Below, piece by piece: positions 18,781-28,695 of a DNA stretch of 64,000 nt; positions within the stretch are counted from its first letter, which is position 1; every line of letters starts with the position of its first letter. Where the stretch lies: positions 42,240-106,239 of IMG/VR virus record IMGVR_UViG_3300008459_000008, one strand, 5' to 3'. The notes beneath the pieces are model-generated. The model saw only the letters and a list, made by a program, of their open reading frames with translations. It did not search any database and was not told the DNA's origin. A program made the position numbers and the translations under genes. This DNA comes from a virus.

Positions 18781-20550
18781 TTAATTTGTAATATTTACAC
18801 TTAATGTACCAGAAATTTGGTTCAATGTTCTATATATTTTATACGTAGTATTTTGACTGTAAGAGTTTGTAATACTCAACGTACCAAAATTGTTACCAAA
18901 ACTATCCATAGATGTATAACTGTTTGTAGCTAAAACAACCGGTAATCCAAAATAACTAATTGACTTGAAATTATAATTAGAACTTTCCGGAAAAGCGATA
19001 TATTTATATCCTTGAGAACCACCTATATTATAAGAACCAAGTGAGTATGTTACCAATTGACTTGTCAAATTTGTCACACCACCAGCAGTCATAGTTGAAT
19101 ATGTAGATGATCCATAGTAAGATCTCCAAGTCCATTGGATCTCACCATACTTTCTTATAGTAGTATTATTTTTACGAAGTCCAGAGATTGAAAAAATTCT
19201 TTTATCTGGAACAATAGATGTTACTGACTGTGTATAAGAAAAAGTTCCCCCTAAATCAGTATAATTATAAGTCAAATTTGCTGTCATCGGAGCAGGCCAA
19301 ACATTAGTTGGACTAGATACTGGTGTCACGTCAGCTATAGTAACAGATGTGGCTCCAAAATCAGTTCCTTTATCGTAAGTCCAAGAAAATGTTAGGGTAC
19401 CAATCAATGTTCTACCCACATCAATAAATTTGTATTGATTGTCATTTGTTGAAGATATATTAGGATGAACAAAATTTAAAGAGGTAAAGTTTGCTAGTTT
19501 TTCCGGATAAAGTAAATCGGAAAACATATCCTGAAGACTAACATCATTAAATGATGAACCACGATCAATTCCACCGACAGTGTTTATTGTTGGAGTTTCA
19601 TCTTTGAAAAGTCCCGGTGTTTGATTTGGATTAGATTCAAAAAATAAAAAATATCCAGGATTTATATCCACCGCCGGATTCCAAGTCAAATAGTATAAGG
19701 GACCCGCAGTCGAACCAGTACCACCTCTAATATCACCTGAGGACAATTCGTTAAGACCGGTCAGCCCATATTTGTATATACTATTTGTACCTAAATAATC
19801 TATATTCAACTTCACTGATGATGTATTACCAAAAGCAAAATCAATCAAATATAAATGATTTACTGAATATGTAGATATAAATGGTGTAGAATTTGTTGCA
19901 TAATAAGAAAGACTTGTATCTGGACCCGTAGCCGAAACTCTAATAATTTCCGGTCCTGTTGAATCCAAGGATGATAGTCTATTTCCAATATAATAATACC
20001 CAACTACTTTTGTAGGAGCTTGGTAACCACCAACTGTTACGTTATCTTGATAAAGAATTCCCGAATTATATTGGAACACCCATTCTCTAAGATCCCCTGG
20101 TGATATTTGAGTTGTGGGATAGGTTGTATAAACTTTGACTGCGTAATCTAGACCATAACTATCTGGAACCAAATCCACAATATTATTACCCGCTGTAATA
20201 TCTTTAAGAGTTCCCTCACCATATTTGAATGGTTGGTTTGTCTTTGGGTCCTTCAAATCACCTTGTACAGACGGTGTGGATCCCCAAACTGTCTGATATG
20301 AAAGAAATTGTCCACTAGCAGCACTATCTTGTATACCAACTAAATCTGCAACTATCTGAACAGCTACTTGGTTTTGTACTGCTAGAGCAGGATCATTGGT
20401 TGGAATCTTACTACTCCAAACATTCGTTGAAGGTACGTTGAATAAATATCCATAGAATTCGTTACCAACACCAAAATTCTTTTGTACCTGAGATTTTCCA
20501 AGTAGGTTTTTAAATGCTATTTGCGATTGTCTATCAGAACTTAAAGGCAT
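18781..20550 (-). CDS. Putative virion structural/fibre-associated protein
   Basis: Beta-rich, S/T/G-rich; shares modules with 23403..24404 and 20588..23386; TATATA motif upstream. Confidence 0.45.
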   Translation of the reverse strand: MPLSSDRQSQIAFKNLLGKSQVQKNFGVGNEFYGYLFNVPSTNVWSSKIPTNDPALAVQNQVAVQIVADLVGIQDSAASGQFLSYQTVWGSTPSVQGDLKDPKTNQPFKYGEGTLKDITAGNNIVDLVPDSYGLDYAVKVYTTYPTTQISPGDLREWVFQYNSGILYQDNVTVGGYQAPTKVVGYYYIGNRLSSLDSTGPEIIRVSATGPDTSLSYYATNSTPFISTYSVNHLYLIDFAFGNTSSVKLNIDYLGTNSIYKYGLTGLNELSSGDIRGGTGSTAGPLYYLTWNPAVDINPGYFLFFESNPNQTPGLFKDETPTINTVGGIDRGSSFNDVSLQDMFSDLLYPEKLANFTSLNFVHPNISSTNDNQYKFIDVGRTLIGTLTFSWTYDKGTDFGATSVTIADVTPVSSPTNVWPAPMTANLTYNYTDLGGTFSYTQSVTSIVPDKRIFSISGLRKNNTTIRKYGEIQWTWRSYYGSSTYSTMTAGGVTNLTSQLVTYSLGSYNIGGSQGYKYIAFPESSNYNFKSISYFGLPVVLATNSYTSMDSFGNNFGTLSITNSYSQNTTYKIYRTLNQISGTLSVNITN

Positions 20551-20587
20551 CGTGTTTTATTTTGTTTGACTTAGTATATATATTTTT

Positions 20588-23386
20588 TTACACTGTCAGT
20601 CCAGTGCAAGTTATGTTCTGAATGTGTCCAGTCCAAGACGATGGAGCTGTAATTCTAAATAAAATATAACCTTCGGAATAACGTGTGCTCCTACCGGATC
20701 TGAAATCCACCTCAATTACTGATGGATTGACCAAACTCGGACTACCTCTGAATGCTCCACCACCATTGAATTGTTGATTATCAAAGGCTGGTTTTGATAA
20801 ATCTAACCATCCTGTAACAGCACCACCTATAAGTCCAGCTGGAGGATTAGCTCTGTTATTACTTTTTGGTAATTTTACTTCACACCAACACTCATTACCC
20901 TCCAATGTTGTATTTACCGGTACAAAAGTAGTATCTGTAAGTGTAAAACTAAATCTCAAAATAGCAAAAGTTGATGAAGCATCGACTTGAAAATATCTTG
21001 TAAATGTTCTATAATTTCCAAAAGATGTATCAGTTGTTCCAAATCCAACAGTTGTTGTATTACAAAAATCATATCTTACCGCAAGGCCAACACCTTTGTT
21101 TGGATTTGTTTCTGTAGTACCAGGATCACTATAATTAAACTTAGGGTAAACCAATTGACCATTCAATATTTGTAAAGCATTTGTATAGCCAGATGTTTGG
21201 TTCAAACTCGAAGCACTATTCCAAGCTAAGTTAGCTAATACACTTTGTATATTATCGGTAGAGAGATCATATTTACTTGATCCATTTCTTAATCTATAAT
21301 TTTCAGAAAGAAAACTCTCTGTCAATAATGATGAGGTTTCTGGATAATTATCTACAAAAACATTTGTTATTGTAGTAGATCCACTTGGATCCACACCCTG
21401 GACAGTCCTTAATACAGAAGTGGAAAATGAAACTGACTCATTTAGTCTTCTTACATTGGCATTCAGTGCATAATTCCAAGTGATTAAATGTGACGTACTA
21501 GGTGATGTAACACTTGGTATAACTTTATCATCAGGTGGTCCCATTACAGGGAGTGTAGTTGTAGTGGGTTTTGAATTTATACCATTGTTTCCACCAGGAA
21601 CCACGCTGGAAGAACTCAATGCGCTAGAAGAAGAATTATATGTGTTTCTTACATGGTTTTGTAGAGTAATTACATAATTTAAACCAAAGTTTTTCCAATA
21701 TTTAATACCTGATAAGGTTTTTGGATTACTTCCGACAACTGTATTGATTATTGGTAATGTAAACGTAGTTGCTGTTGTACTTGGATCTGCAACCCATGAA
21801 TAACTAGCCAGTGTTAAAGTTTGTGATGGTAATATATGTGATAAATCCAAGTAATTAAACCCTTGACGCAAATTCCCATCATCTCTTTTGATCAAAAACG
21901 AACCGGTTCGGTGCCAGAAAAACTCAAAAGGTACTCCAGATGGAAACTTTGATGAAGTAGCAGCGGATATAATTAAACCACTTTGAGCACCACCTGATGT
22001 AGTATTAATAGCTGATTTATTTGCTAAACTTTCATTTGATATAGTAACACCATTTAGTTTCAATACTAAAGATCCTGTAATGCCATTCCCAAAAGCATTT
22101 GTAGCATAAGCAGGTGTTGGATCACCAGGTCCTTCTTGAACACCAAAATTTAGTGTCCCCACATAATCCTTATAATAAGTATCACCAGTAGTAAGAGTTT
22201 GATTGAAAAAAGAATTTATTCCCTTTCTAAATCCACTTGGATTAAAATCCCCATTTATTCCAACGGTAGGTGAAGCTGATAGACCAGCGATTGAACTATC
22301 AAAAGATAATTTTCCACCCACAAAACTAGGACCACCCAAACTCCAAGAGTTTAAATCAGGTGCTGGTGGTGGTACAAGAGCTAATAAAATTTCATTAAAT
22401 CTATCAATAGGCACACCTATCGGAGTACTGTAGGTAAAATCAGTAAATAAACCATCCTCATACGTACCATCCTCAGCGGGTCCTATTGTCAGTGAAACGC
22501 TTCCACCCCCACCAAGATTATGAATTAAAAAATTATCAATGTTCCAACTCATATGATATTGGACATTTGGGACTAAATCTTGAGCACCTAGATCAATTAA
22601 TGAACCACCATTTAATTTTTTAATCGGATAGTATCCAAGACCGTCTATTTCCAATGTAGATGAACCTGAATTTGTAAATCCAAAATTAGCATAATAAACA
22701 CTATAGCTATATGCATCTAAGGCAACTAAGTCAGAAGAAGTTGTGAATGAATATGTCGTACCATCTGTGGATGTTGGTTGAATATATCTTATCTGTGAGA
22801 GATATTCCTTTTGCCAAAATCCACCCTCACTCCAAGTGCCAGAAAATTTATAAATTGCATTAGCAATGTTATCCACCCTAATCGTAGCTCCATTTGTAGG
22901 TGTTGTATAGACCCAATCACCTGATCCTGATAATGCTGAAGAATTCCATTCAGCAACTCTGTAGGATTGTGTAGCAAATCCAGCGAAACTCGGTGATGTG
23001 ATAAGGAACCTGTCACCATTGGTCATCCCAGTTGGAGGTGTATCCACAATTGATAAAGCTGATGGTAACCATTCTCCACTCACAGATATAGATTGGGGAG
23101 ATCCTGAGAAAACCACCCAGTTCAAATTGTCTGTAATAGAAGTACTCGATGAGTTATATACTAGTTGATATGTTCCATTTTTAGTTGGATCTGTTGTGTT
23201 ATTATAGACTGTACATAACATACCCCATTCCCTTCTTGCTTCGATTATTGCATCTCTTTTGTCAAGAGTATCATACATATGGTGACCACCTTGTATATCA
23301 ATTGCAAGAGCCGATGGAATTGGGTCATTCAAATCATTGGGCCTAACTGGGTTTGTTATTAGAGTTGCATTTTGTGGTTGTGCCAT
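20588..23386 (-). CDS. Putative virion structural/tail fibre protein
   Basis: 932 aa, beta-rich; GDRFLI...AEW...W.Y..P..G segment typical of tail-fibre modules; located in the structural cluster. Confidence 0.5.
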   Translation of the reverse strand: MAQPQNATLITNPVRPNDLNDPIPSALAIDIQGGHHMYDTLDKRDAIIEARREWGMLCTVYNNTTDPTKNGTYQLVYNSSSTSITDNLNWVVFSGSPQSISVSGEWLPSALSIVDTPPTGMTNGDRFLITSPSFAGFATQSYRVAEWNSSALSGSGDWVYTTPTNGATIRVDNIANAIYKFSGTWSEGGFWQKEYLSQIRYIQPTSTDGTTYSFTTSSDLVALDAYSYSVYYANFGFTNSGSSTLEIDGLGYYPIKKLNGGSLIDLGAQDLVPNVQYHMSWNIDNFLIHNLGGGGSVSLTIGPAEDGTYEDGLFTDFTYSTPIGVPIDRFNEILLALVPPPAPDLNSWSLGGPSFVGGKLSFDSSIAGLSASPTVGINGDFNPSGFRKGINSFFNQTLTTGDTYYKDYVGTLNFGVQEGPGDPTPAYATNAFGNGITGSLVLKLNGVTISNESLANKSAINTTSGGAQSGLIISAATSSKFPSGVPFEFFWHRTGSFLIKRDDGNLRQGFNYLDLSHILPSQTLTLASYSWVADPSTTATTFTLPIINTVVGSNPKTLSGIKYWKNFGLNYVITLQNHVRNTYNSSSSALSSSSVVPGGNNGINSKPTTTTLPVMGPPDDKVIPSVTSPSTSHLITWNYALNANVRRLNESVSFSTSVLRTVQGVDPSGSTTITNVFVDNYPETSSLLTESFLSENYRLRNGSSKYDLSTDNIQSVLANLAWNSASSLNQTSGYTNALQILNGQLVYPKFNYSDPGTTETNPNKGVGLAVRYDFCNTTTVGFGTTDTSFGNYRTFTRYFQVDASSTFAILRFSFTLTDTTFVPVNTTLEGNECWCEVKLPKSNNRANPPAGLIGGAVTGWLDLSKPAFDNQQFNGGGAFRGSPSLVNPSVIEVDFRSGRSTRYSEGYILFRITAPSSWTGHIQNITCTGLTV

Positions 23387-23402
23387 TTCTTATTATATTG
23401 AT

Positions 23403-24404
23403 TTAATAAAGATTCAATTCGGCTATAGGTGAAGCAGATGTTGAGAAAGTTACCCAAACATCATAATCATGTTCATAACCATAAATATTTTTATATTTAA
23501 AATTCGATTGAATTTTTTGAGCTATAGTGACAATACCAGTCGCAGTTCTAAACACAGGATTTCCAAAACTACTAGGCCAAGCCCAACAAAGATATTGTCC
23601 TTCACCATCAATGTTTGGAAATGATAATTTAATACCTTGGGTAGTGTTACCAGTAAAAGTGAGTGATCGATGTAAACCATTTCCTAAAACATCAGCACCA
23701 TCAAGTAACCTTATCTCAGCAGATGTTAGGTCTGACCTATTTAATCTCCTACCCCAATAAACTCTATGTCCATAGGAAACAGAAATCTCTGCAGATGTAG
23801 CAGGTTTTCCCTTATCATCTGTACATTTGAAAGTGTAAGAGTTAGTAACATTCAATATTGGTTTAATCGTCGGTGTTTTTTCACTTCCACCACCAGCAGG
23901 AACCGGTACTGTATATAATATAGTAGATGGTAAAGGTGCTGTCCTAGTGATTGTTCCAGTAGGTTGGAAATCGTAAGTACCTTTAGTAGCAGTCCATTCC
24001 AATTGATATGATACCAATTCATCAAAACCAGTATCGTATGGATAGTCTATTGGTGTATTTGGTTGTTTGTAATCCAAAGTGACTTGAGATGGTACAAATT
24101 TGAGACTAGCGGATGGATCAAAAACATCATGAAACAATTTATTGAAAATTGTGAAAAGTGACATACTAGCAAAATTCTGACCTTTTGGGACACCACCCAC
24201 TTTTAAATTTGAAGGGGTGTCGGTATAAACAAACTCAGAAAAACTTGCACCTTGAATATCATCATATAGAGTAAGGACTACATTCCGCATATCCTGAGCC
24301 GAAATTTCATTAAGTGTGTTATCTGGTAACACATCCATCATCTCGGATATACCTGAGAGTGTTACAGCATATGTAGCTGATCCATATAGTCCTAATTCTG
24401 CCAA
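23403..24404 (-). CDS. Putative virion structural protein
   Basis: LPDNTLNEISAQDMRN N-terminal motif; C-terminal half paralogous to 18781..20550; start moved to TTG at 24404, downstream of a TTTATATATAC motif. Confidence 0.45.
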   Translation of the reverse strand: MAELGLYGSATYAVTLSGISEMMDVLPDNTLNEISAQDMRNVVLTLYDDIQGASFSEFVYTDTPSNLKVGGVPKGQNFASMSLFTIFNKLFHDVFDPSASLKFVPSQVTLDYKQPNTPIDYPYDTGFDELVSYQLEWTATKGTYDFQPTGTITRTAPLPSTILYTVPVPAGGGSEKTPTIKPILNVTNSYTFKCTDDKGKPATSAEISVSYGHRVYWGRRLNRSDLTSAEIRLLDGADVLGNGLHRSLTFTGNTTQGIKLSFPNIDGEGQYLCWAWPSSFGNPVFRTATGIVTIAQKIQSNFKYKNIYGYEHDYDVWVTFSTSASPIAELNLY

Positions 24405-24479
24405 AACTTCAAATAATTTTAAGGTATATATAAAATTCCAAAGTCCCAAGAGTAATATGATATCATGATGTTACATGAC

Positions 24480-25202
24480 TTATACCTCCCAAATGTAATA
24501 ACCTTTATAAATTTCCTTCATCTTTACATTTGATGCATTGCCAACATCTAACATCGAATTTGGAATTAATGTGGTGATCATTTTGATCAACAAACCATCA
24601 TCCAATTTTGAATTTATATTTTCTTTTAATAAATCTGGTGAAACAATTGACTTAAGTAAAAAATCCATTTTTGTATCTAGAATTTGTCCATATAGTGAGT
24701 TTAATTCAACTTCTTTTTCCATAATCTCATCAGAAATCTTTTGTTGAATTTTATTTTTCAGTAATCCAATTTCTTCAATTGAAAAAATTATAGATTTTTT
24801 TATATTATCAAAATCCCTTATTTCATATAGGTGCAAATCTGGTTCTAAAATGTTGATGTGACCAAGACTTGTATTGTAATAGTCTGATAAAACTTTTTCG
24901 TGATCAATTCCACTTGGAGTTAAAGATATAAGTGATTCATTGAGACCGTTAGAAAATTGTTCAAACTTGAAAATTTTATCTCGTTCCATATTTTTACGAT
25001 GTTCAACAACGTCCTTCACTACAATTTGAATATTTTCTATATCACTAATTCCGATATTTTCCAAAAATCTACTCATATTTTTATTTATATAACGATATAT
25101 TTCACTAGGAGTGACATTATAAGACTTAATATATTCATCGATATGTTTATTTATTTTACCATAGTATTGATTGAGTTCCGATGAATTTGTAATTTTTCTC
25201 AT
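24480..25202 (-). CDS. Hypothetical protein with internal KFEQF..LNES motif
   Basis: Long ORF; start moved to ATG 25202, just downstream of AATATATATAC. Confidence 0.6.
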   Translation of the reverse strand: MRKITNSSELNQYYGKINKHIDEYIKSYNVTPSEIYRYINKNMSRFLENIGISDIENIQIVVKDVVEHRKNMERDKIFKFEQFSNGLNESLISLTPSGIDHEKVLSDYYNTSLGHINILEPDLHLYEIRDFDNIKKSIIFSIEEIGLLKNKIQQKISDEIMEKEVELNSLYGQILDTKMDFLLKSIVSPDLLKENINSKLDDGLLIKMITTLIPNSMLDVGNASNVKMKEIYKGYYIWEV

Positions 25203-25285
25203 ACCGTATATATATTTTTTTTCAAAACTGACTAAACTTTGATTTTTAAATTTCATATATAAAAAGAAACAAAAAAAAATATACT

Positions 25286-25465
25286 ATGAAAAAATTATTC
25301 GTAATGTTTGCAGTATCAGCTCTTCTAGTATCTTGTGGTGAAGCTACAAAGTCTGGAGAAGCGTGTGATTCTACAAAAGCTTGTTGCAAAGACTCTACAA
25401 AATGTGACACTACCAAGGTTTGTACTGATACTACTGCAGTTGACACTTCAAAAGTAAGTCATTAA
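25286..25465 (+). CDS. Small Cys-rich lipoprotein (59 aa; not in the ORF track)
   Basis: MKKLFVMFAVSALLVS-C lipobox, then GEATKSGEACDSTKACCKDSTKCDTTKVCTDTTAVDTSKVSH; A-rich leader; terminator downstream. Confidence 0.8.
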   Translation: MKKLFVMFAVSALLVSCGEATKSGEACDSTKACCKDSTKCDTTKVCTDTTAVDTSKVSH

Positions 25466-25533
25466 AATTTTAAGTTTACTTGTTTTTCTTAAAACAAGTT
25501 GGTGGAACAATGACCAAATCGGTCGACCTCTTG

Positions 25534-25569
25534 AGCCAGACGCAAATTGTGTCTGGCTTTTACTTTTTT
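25534..25569 (+). terminator. Intrinsic terminator
   Basis: AGCCAGACGCA-AAT-TGTGTCTGGCT followed by a T-rich tract. Confidence 0.75.
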
Positions 25570-25580
25570 ATATATACTGT

Positions 25581-26483
25581 ATGAATTTAAAAGAACTTAG
25601 AGCCTTTTATAACACAAAACCTGTTGAATTCGTAGTAAGAAGAAAACACGAATTGAATGAAGATAATTCATATGTACCAAGATTCAATCTAAGAGACACT
25701 ACACAGATTGTTGGTGTACCAATCAATGAACCAATAAAGCCAACACAAGAACTTTTAGTAAAGGCTATAAAATATGGTATGATTTTTCTTATCAACTATA
25801 AAGGTGAAGAAGATACTCACTTTGCTGGTCATGAACGTGTAATATATCCAATGGTATTGGGTAGATCATCAAAGGGTAAATTTTTGATAAGAGGATATCA
25901 CTTAAACGGTTGGTCAGTTTCTTCCAATAGACACGTAAATAAAATTTGGAGGATGTTTAGATTTGACAGAATTCTATCGATGACATTTACTGGTTCATTT
26001 TATAGATTACCACCACAAGGTTATAACATGAATGATAAAGGTATGAGAGGTGGGATTATTGCTAAAGCTGACTTCAATGAAATTAGAAAAAATCAACAAT
26101 CCCTTCTAAAAACACAAGAAATTCAAAATAAGGAAGAAATTACTCTAGCTGAAGAAAATAAAAGTATGGTTTCAATAAAAGTGAAACCAACAGAAACTAA
26201 GATTGATTTGAACAATCCACTAGATAACGCTTATGTTAATAATATGAAAGACATAGCTAATATTAGAATATCTTTTTTGAAGAGTTTATACGGAAATAGA
26301 TATATTGCTGTTGTTGGTGCACTTGGTCAACCAGGCAACACTGTTAAAGTTATGACTGATAAAGGATCTAATCTTGGCATCTATAAGGTTTTAGATTCGA
26401 TATCCGGTGACACTTTGAAAAAAATAAAACGTGTCAAAGGAAATACTATATTTGAAGTATTTTTATTTGATTCCAAAATTTAA
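25581..26483 (+). CDS. WYL-like domain protein
   Basis: INYKG...ERVIYPMVLG...LIRGY...WRMFRFDRI matches the WYL-domain pattern. Confidence 0.55.
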   Translation: MNLKELRAFYNTKPVEFVVRRKHELNEDNSYVPRFNLRDTTQIVGVPINEPIKPTQELLVKAIKYGMIFLINYKGEEDTHFAGHERVIYPMVLGRSSKGKFLIRGYHLNGWSVSSNRHVNKIWRMFRFDRILSMTFTGSFYRLPPQGYNMNDKGMRGGIIAKADFNEIRKNQQSLLKTQEIQNKEEITLAEENKSMVSIKVKPTETKIDLNNPLDNAYVNNMKDIANIRISFLKSLYGNRYIAVVGALGQPGNTVKVMTDKGSNLGIYKVLDSISGDTLKKIKRVKGNTIFEVFLFDSKI

Positions 26484-27431
26484 TATTTCCTCCACAATTT
26501 GATCTGTAGGATCTTTCCAATAAATATTTTTTTGTGTTCTAGGTAAATTAATAAGTGTATTTATATCTTGCATACTACCAACTTTTACACCTAACCCTTT
26601 CAAAGACTCAGCATTACAAATTTGTTCGTATTGGTTATTAATAGGTATTACTATCAATTCTTTATTCAAGAAAAGTGTTTCAGCACAAGTCTGAAAACCA
26701 CCAGCAGTGATGACACCCATACAGTTTTTCAAGCTTTCATCAAACAAAGATTTATCTATTGGTTTCAGAAAACAATTGCCATATCTGATTGGTCTTTTGA
26801 TGTCTGTAAAAATTTCAAATTTATATTGTATTGGTTTTAGAAACTTCAAAATGTTTGTACTGTTCCAATTTGACAAGTAAACAGTATAATGACCTCTATT
26901 TTCAACATTAAAATTATAAATATTGTCTCTCAAAATAGGAGTTTTAATAAAATTATCATACTCTTCAAAGTGAATTCCTATAGGATGTTTTACAGGTGCC
27001 ATCCATTTAAGTAAAAATTCCCCTAAAAAACTCCTGTCAGTTGGTCTCGGTGTGTTTTTTGACAAAAAAGAATATTGATTACTAATTCCAACAGATACTT
27101 TATCTTGAAATTCAGCGGCCCAAGCACTTATTGGTTCAAAATCACTAATAATTAAATCATATGATGAGATGTCCAACTTTACATCCCCCATCAACTGTAA
27201 TAATCTCAATTCTTTGAAAGTTTTCCAATAATCAATTTGACCTTCACCATCATAATAAAATGTAAGACCTTTGAAGTTGTATTTTATTGGAAATGGAAAA
27301 TTCACTTTAGAATTATTTCCTGAAGTTATTATATCAACCCTACAACCAGATTTGGATAGTCTCTGTACAATTTTCGAAGATCTTGTAATATGTCCATTAC
27401 CAGTAGATTGTACACCATATAAAATCTTCAT
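26463..27431 (-). CDS. GT-B glycosyltransferase (MJ1255/VC2487-like)
   Basis: MKILYGVQSTGNGHITRS, DLIISDFEPISAWAA, ITAGGFQT..E, P..NQYEQICNA. Confidence 0.85.
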   Translation of the reverse strand: MKILYGVQSTGNGHITRSSKIVQRLSKSGCRVDIITSGNNSKVNFPFPIKYNFKGLTFYYDGEGQIDYWKTFKELRLLQLMGDVKLDISSYDLIISDFEPISAWAAEFQDKVSVGISNQYSFLSKNTPRPTDRSFLGEFLLKWMAPVKHPIGIHFEEYDNFIKTPILRDNIYNFNVENRGHYTVYLSNWNSTNILKFLKPIQYKFEIFTDIKRPIRYGNCFLKPIDKSLFDESLKNCMGVITAGGFQTCAETLFLNKELIVIPINNQYEQICNAESLKGLGVKVGSMQDINTLINLPRTQKNIYWKDPTDQIVEEILNFGIK

Positions 27432-28156
27432 TTTACAAACTTTAATTCGATATTACCATCCAAATCTTCGATGATATAAGAACAACTTTCACAAAAATCA
27501 CCAGTGTTGTAATATTTACCCTCAATTATTTCTGGACTATGTGTGTGGCCTATCATAATTGAATCACATCCTTTTTCATTAATTGTTGCTTCTGATATTT
27601 TTTTATATTCTGATAAAAATTTTATGGCTGATTTAACCCTCGATTTCATATAGGCAGAAAATGACCAATATTCCAATTTGAATAATCGTCTGAACCAGTT
27701 ATAAACCTTATTGATTGAAATTGATAATTCATAAGAAACATCACCAAGCCAGTATAACCAAGGACTAATTCTCACAAAACCATCAAAACAATCACCATGT
27801 GTTAAAAAAATAACTTCTCCTTTCAAAGAAGTATACATGTATTCATTACAAATCAGTATCTTACCAAAGTGTACATCCTCTTCATCAATTACTGTTCTTA
27901 TATAGAAATCGTGGTTACCTACTATATACACGACATTGCAATCTTTTCTTGATAATCTCAAAACCTTCTGTATAACCGTTGAATGATCTTGATTCCAGTA
28001 AAATTTACGTTTCAAATAAGTCATATCGATAAAATCACCTATGATAAATAAATTATCAAAATCATATTCCTTTAAAATTTTTAATAATTTATCAGCTTGA
28101 GAATTTGGATTACCAAGATGAATATCACTAATGAAAAGTGTTTTAATTTTGTTCAT
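27428..28156 (-). CDS. Metallophosphoesterase, UDP-2,3-diacylglucosamine diphosphatase (LpxH)-like
   Basis: FISDIHLG, GDFID, GNHD, HGD.FD, GHTH, YYNTGD motifs; overlaps the glycosyltransferase start by 4 nt. Confidence 0.85.
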   Translation of the reverse strand: MNKIKTLFISDIHLGNPNSQADKLLKILKEYDFDNLFIIGDFIDMTYLKRKFYWNQDHSTVIQKVLRLSRKDCNVVYIVGNHDFYIRTVIDEEDVHFGKILICNEYMYTSLKGEVIFLTHGDCFDGFVRISPWLYWLGDVSYELSISINKVYNWFRRLFKLEYWSFSAYMKSRVKSAIKFLSEYKKISEATINEKGCDSIMIGHTHSPEIIEGKYYNTGDFCESCSYIIEDLDGNIELKFVK

Positions 28157-28200
28157 AACTTCGTCTATATACCTATATATAATTAGAAATTTGGAATTTT

Positions 28201-28695
28201 ATGAACGCTTATACCCAAGAGGAAATTGATAGGATTAATAAAGTCAAAGAAACTAATGATAAATTAGAAGAATATTTCCTTCAACGAAGAGAAGAATGGA
28301 ATAATAATCTTTCACCACTTTTTGATGTTATAAAAATGAGTTTAACTACCGAAAATTCTCAGAAAATTTTGGAAGTTCAATCACTTGCATTAAGCTATAG
28401 ACAAGCTTTGAACGAACAAATTTCATTCTTTTTAAATAAAAGAAGTAAAGAAGAAGTAAAAAATAAAAAAATCAGACAAGATAAGTTTGTTTTCTATGCA
28501 ACCGGATTTGGATTGAAAACAAACACTGGTGAAAAATCAATTTTGATAGATGCTCACCTTGCAGAAAATGATAGAAATATATTACTAATCGAAAACCATA
28601 TTGAGTTTTTGAGAAACAGTTCAAAAAATCTTGAAAGTCTTGGATATACTATCAAGAACATTATTGAATTGATGAATTATTTAGGAGGACGATAA
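28201..28695 (+). CDS. uvsY: Recombination mediator UvsY-like
   Basis: Helical 164-aa protein with C-terminal IDAHL...IEFL...LESLGYTIKNIIELMNYLG, like T4-family UvsY. Confidence 0.55.
   Translation: MNAYTQEEIDRINKVKETNDKLEEYFLQRREEWNNNLSPLFDVIKMSLTTENSQKILEVQSLALSYRQALNEQISFFLNKRSKEEVKNKKIRQDKFVFYATGFGLKTNTGEKSILIDAHLAENDRNILLIENHIEFLRNSSKNLESLGYTIKNIIELMNYLGGR

Noticed and set aside
25246-25446. Minus-strand 66-aa ORF in the track
   Set aside because: Antisense shadow of the plus-strand lipoprotein gene at 25286..25465.
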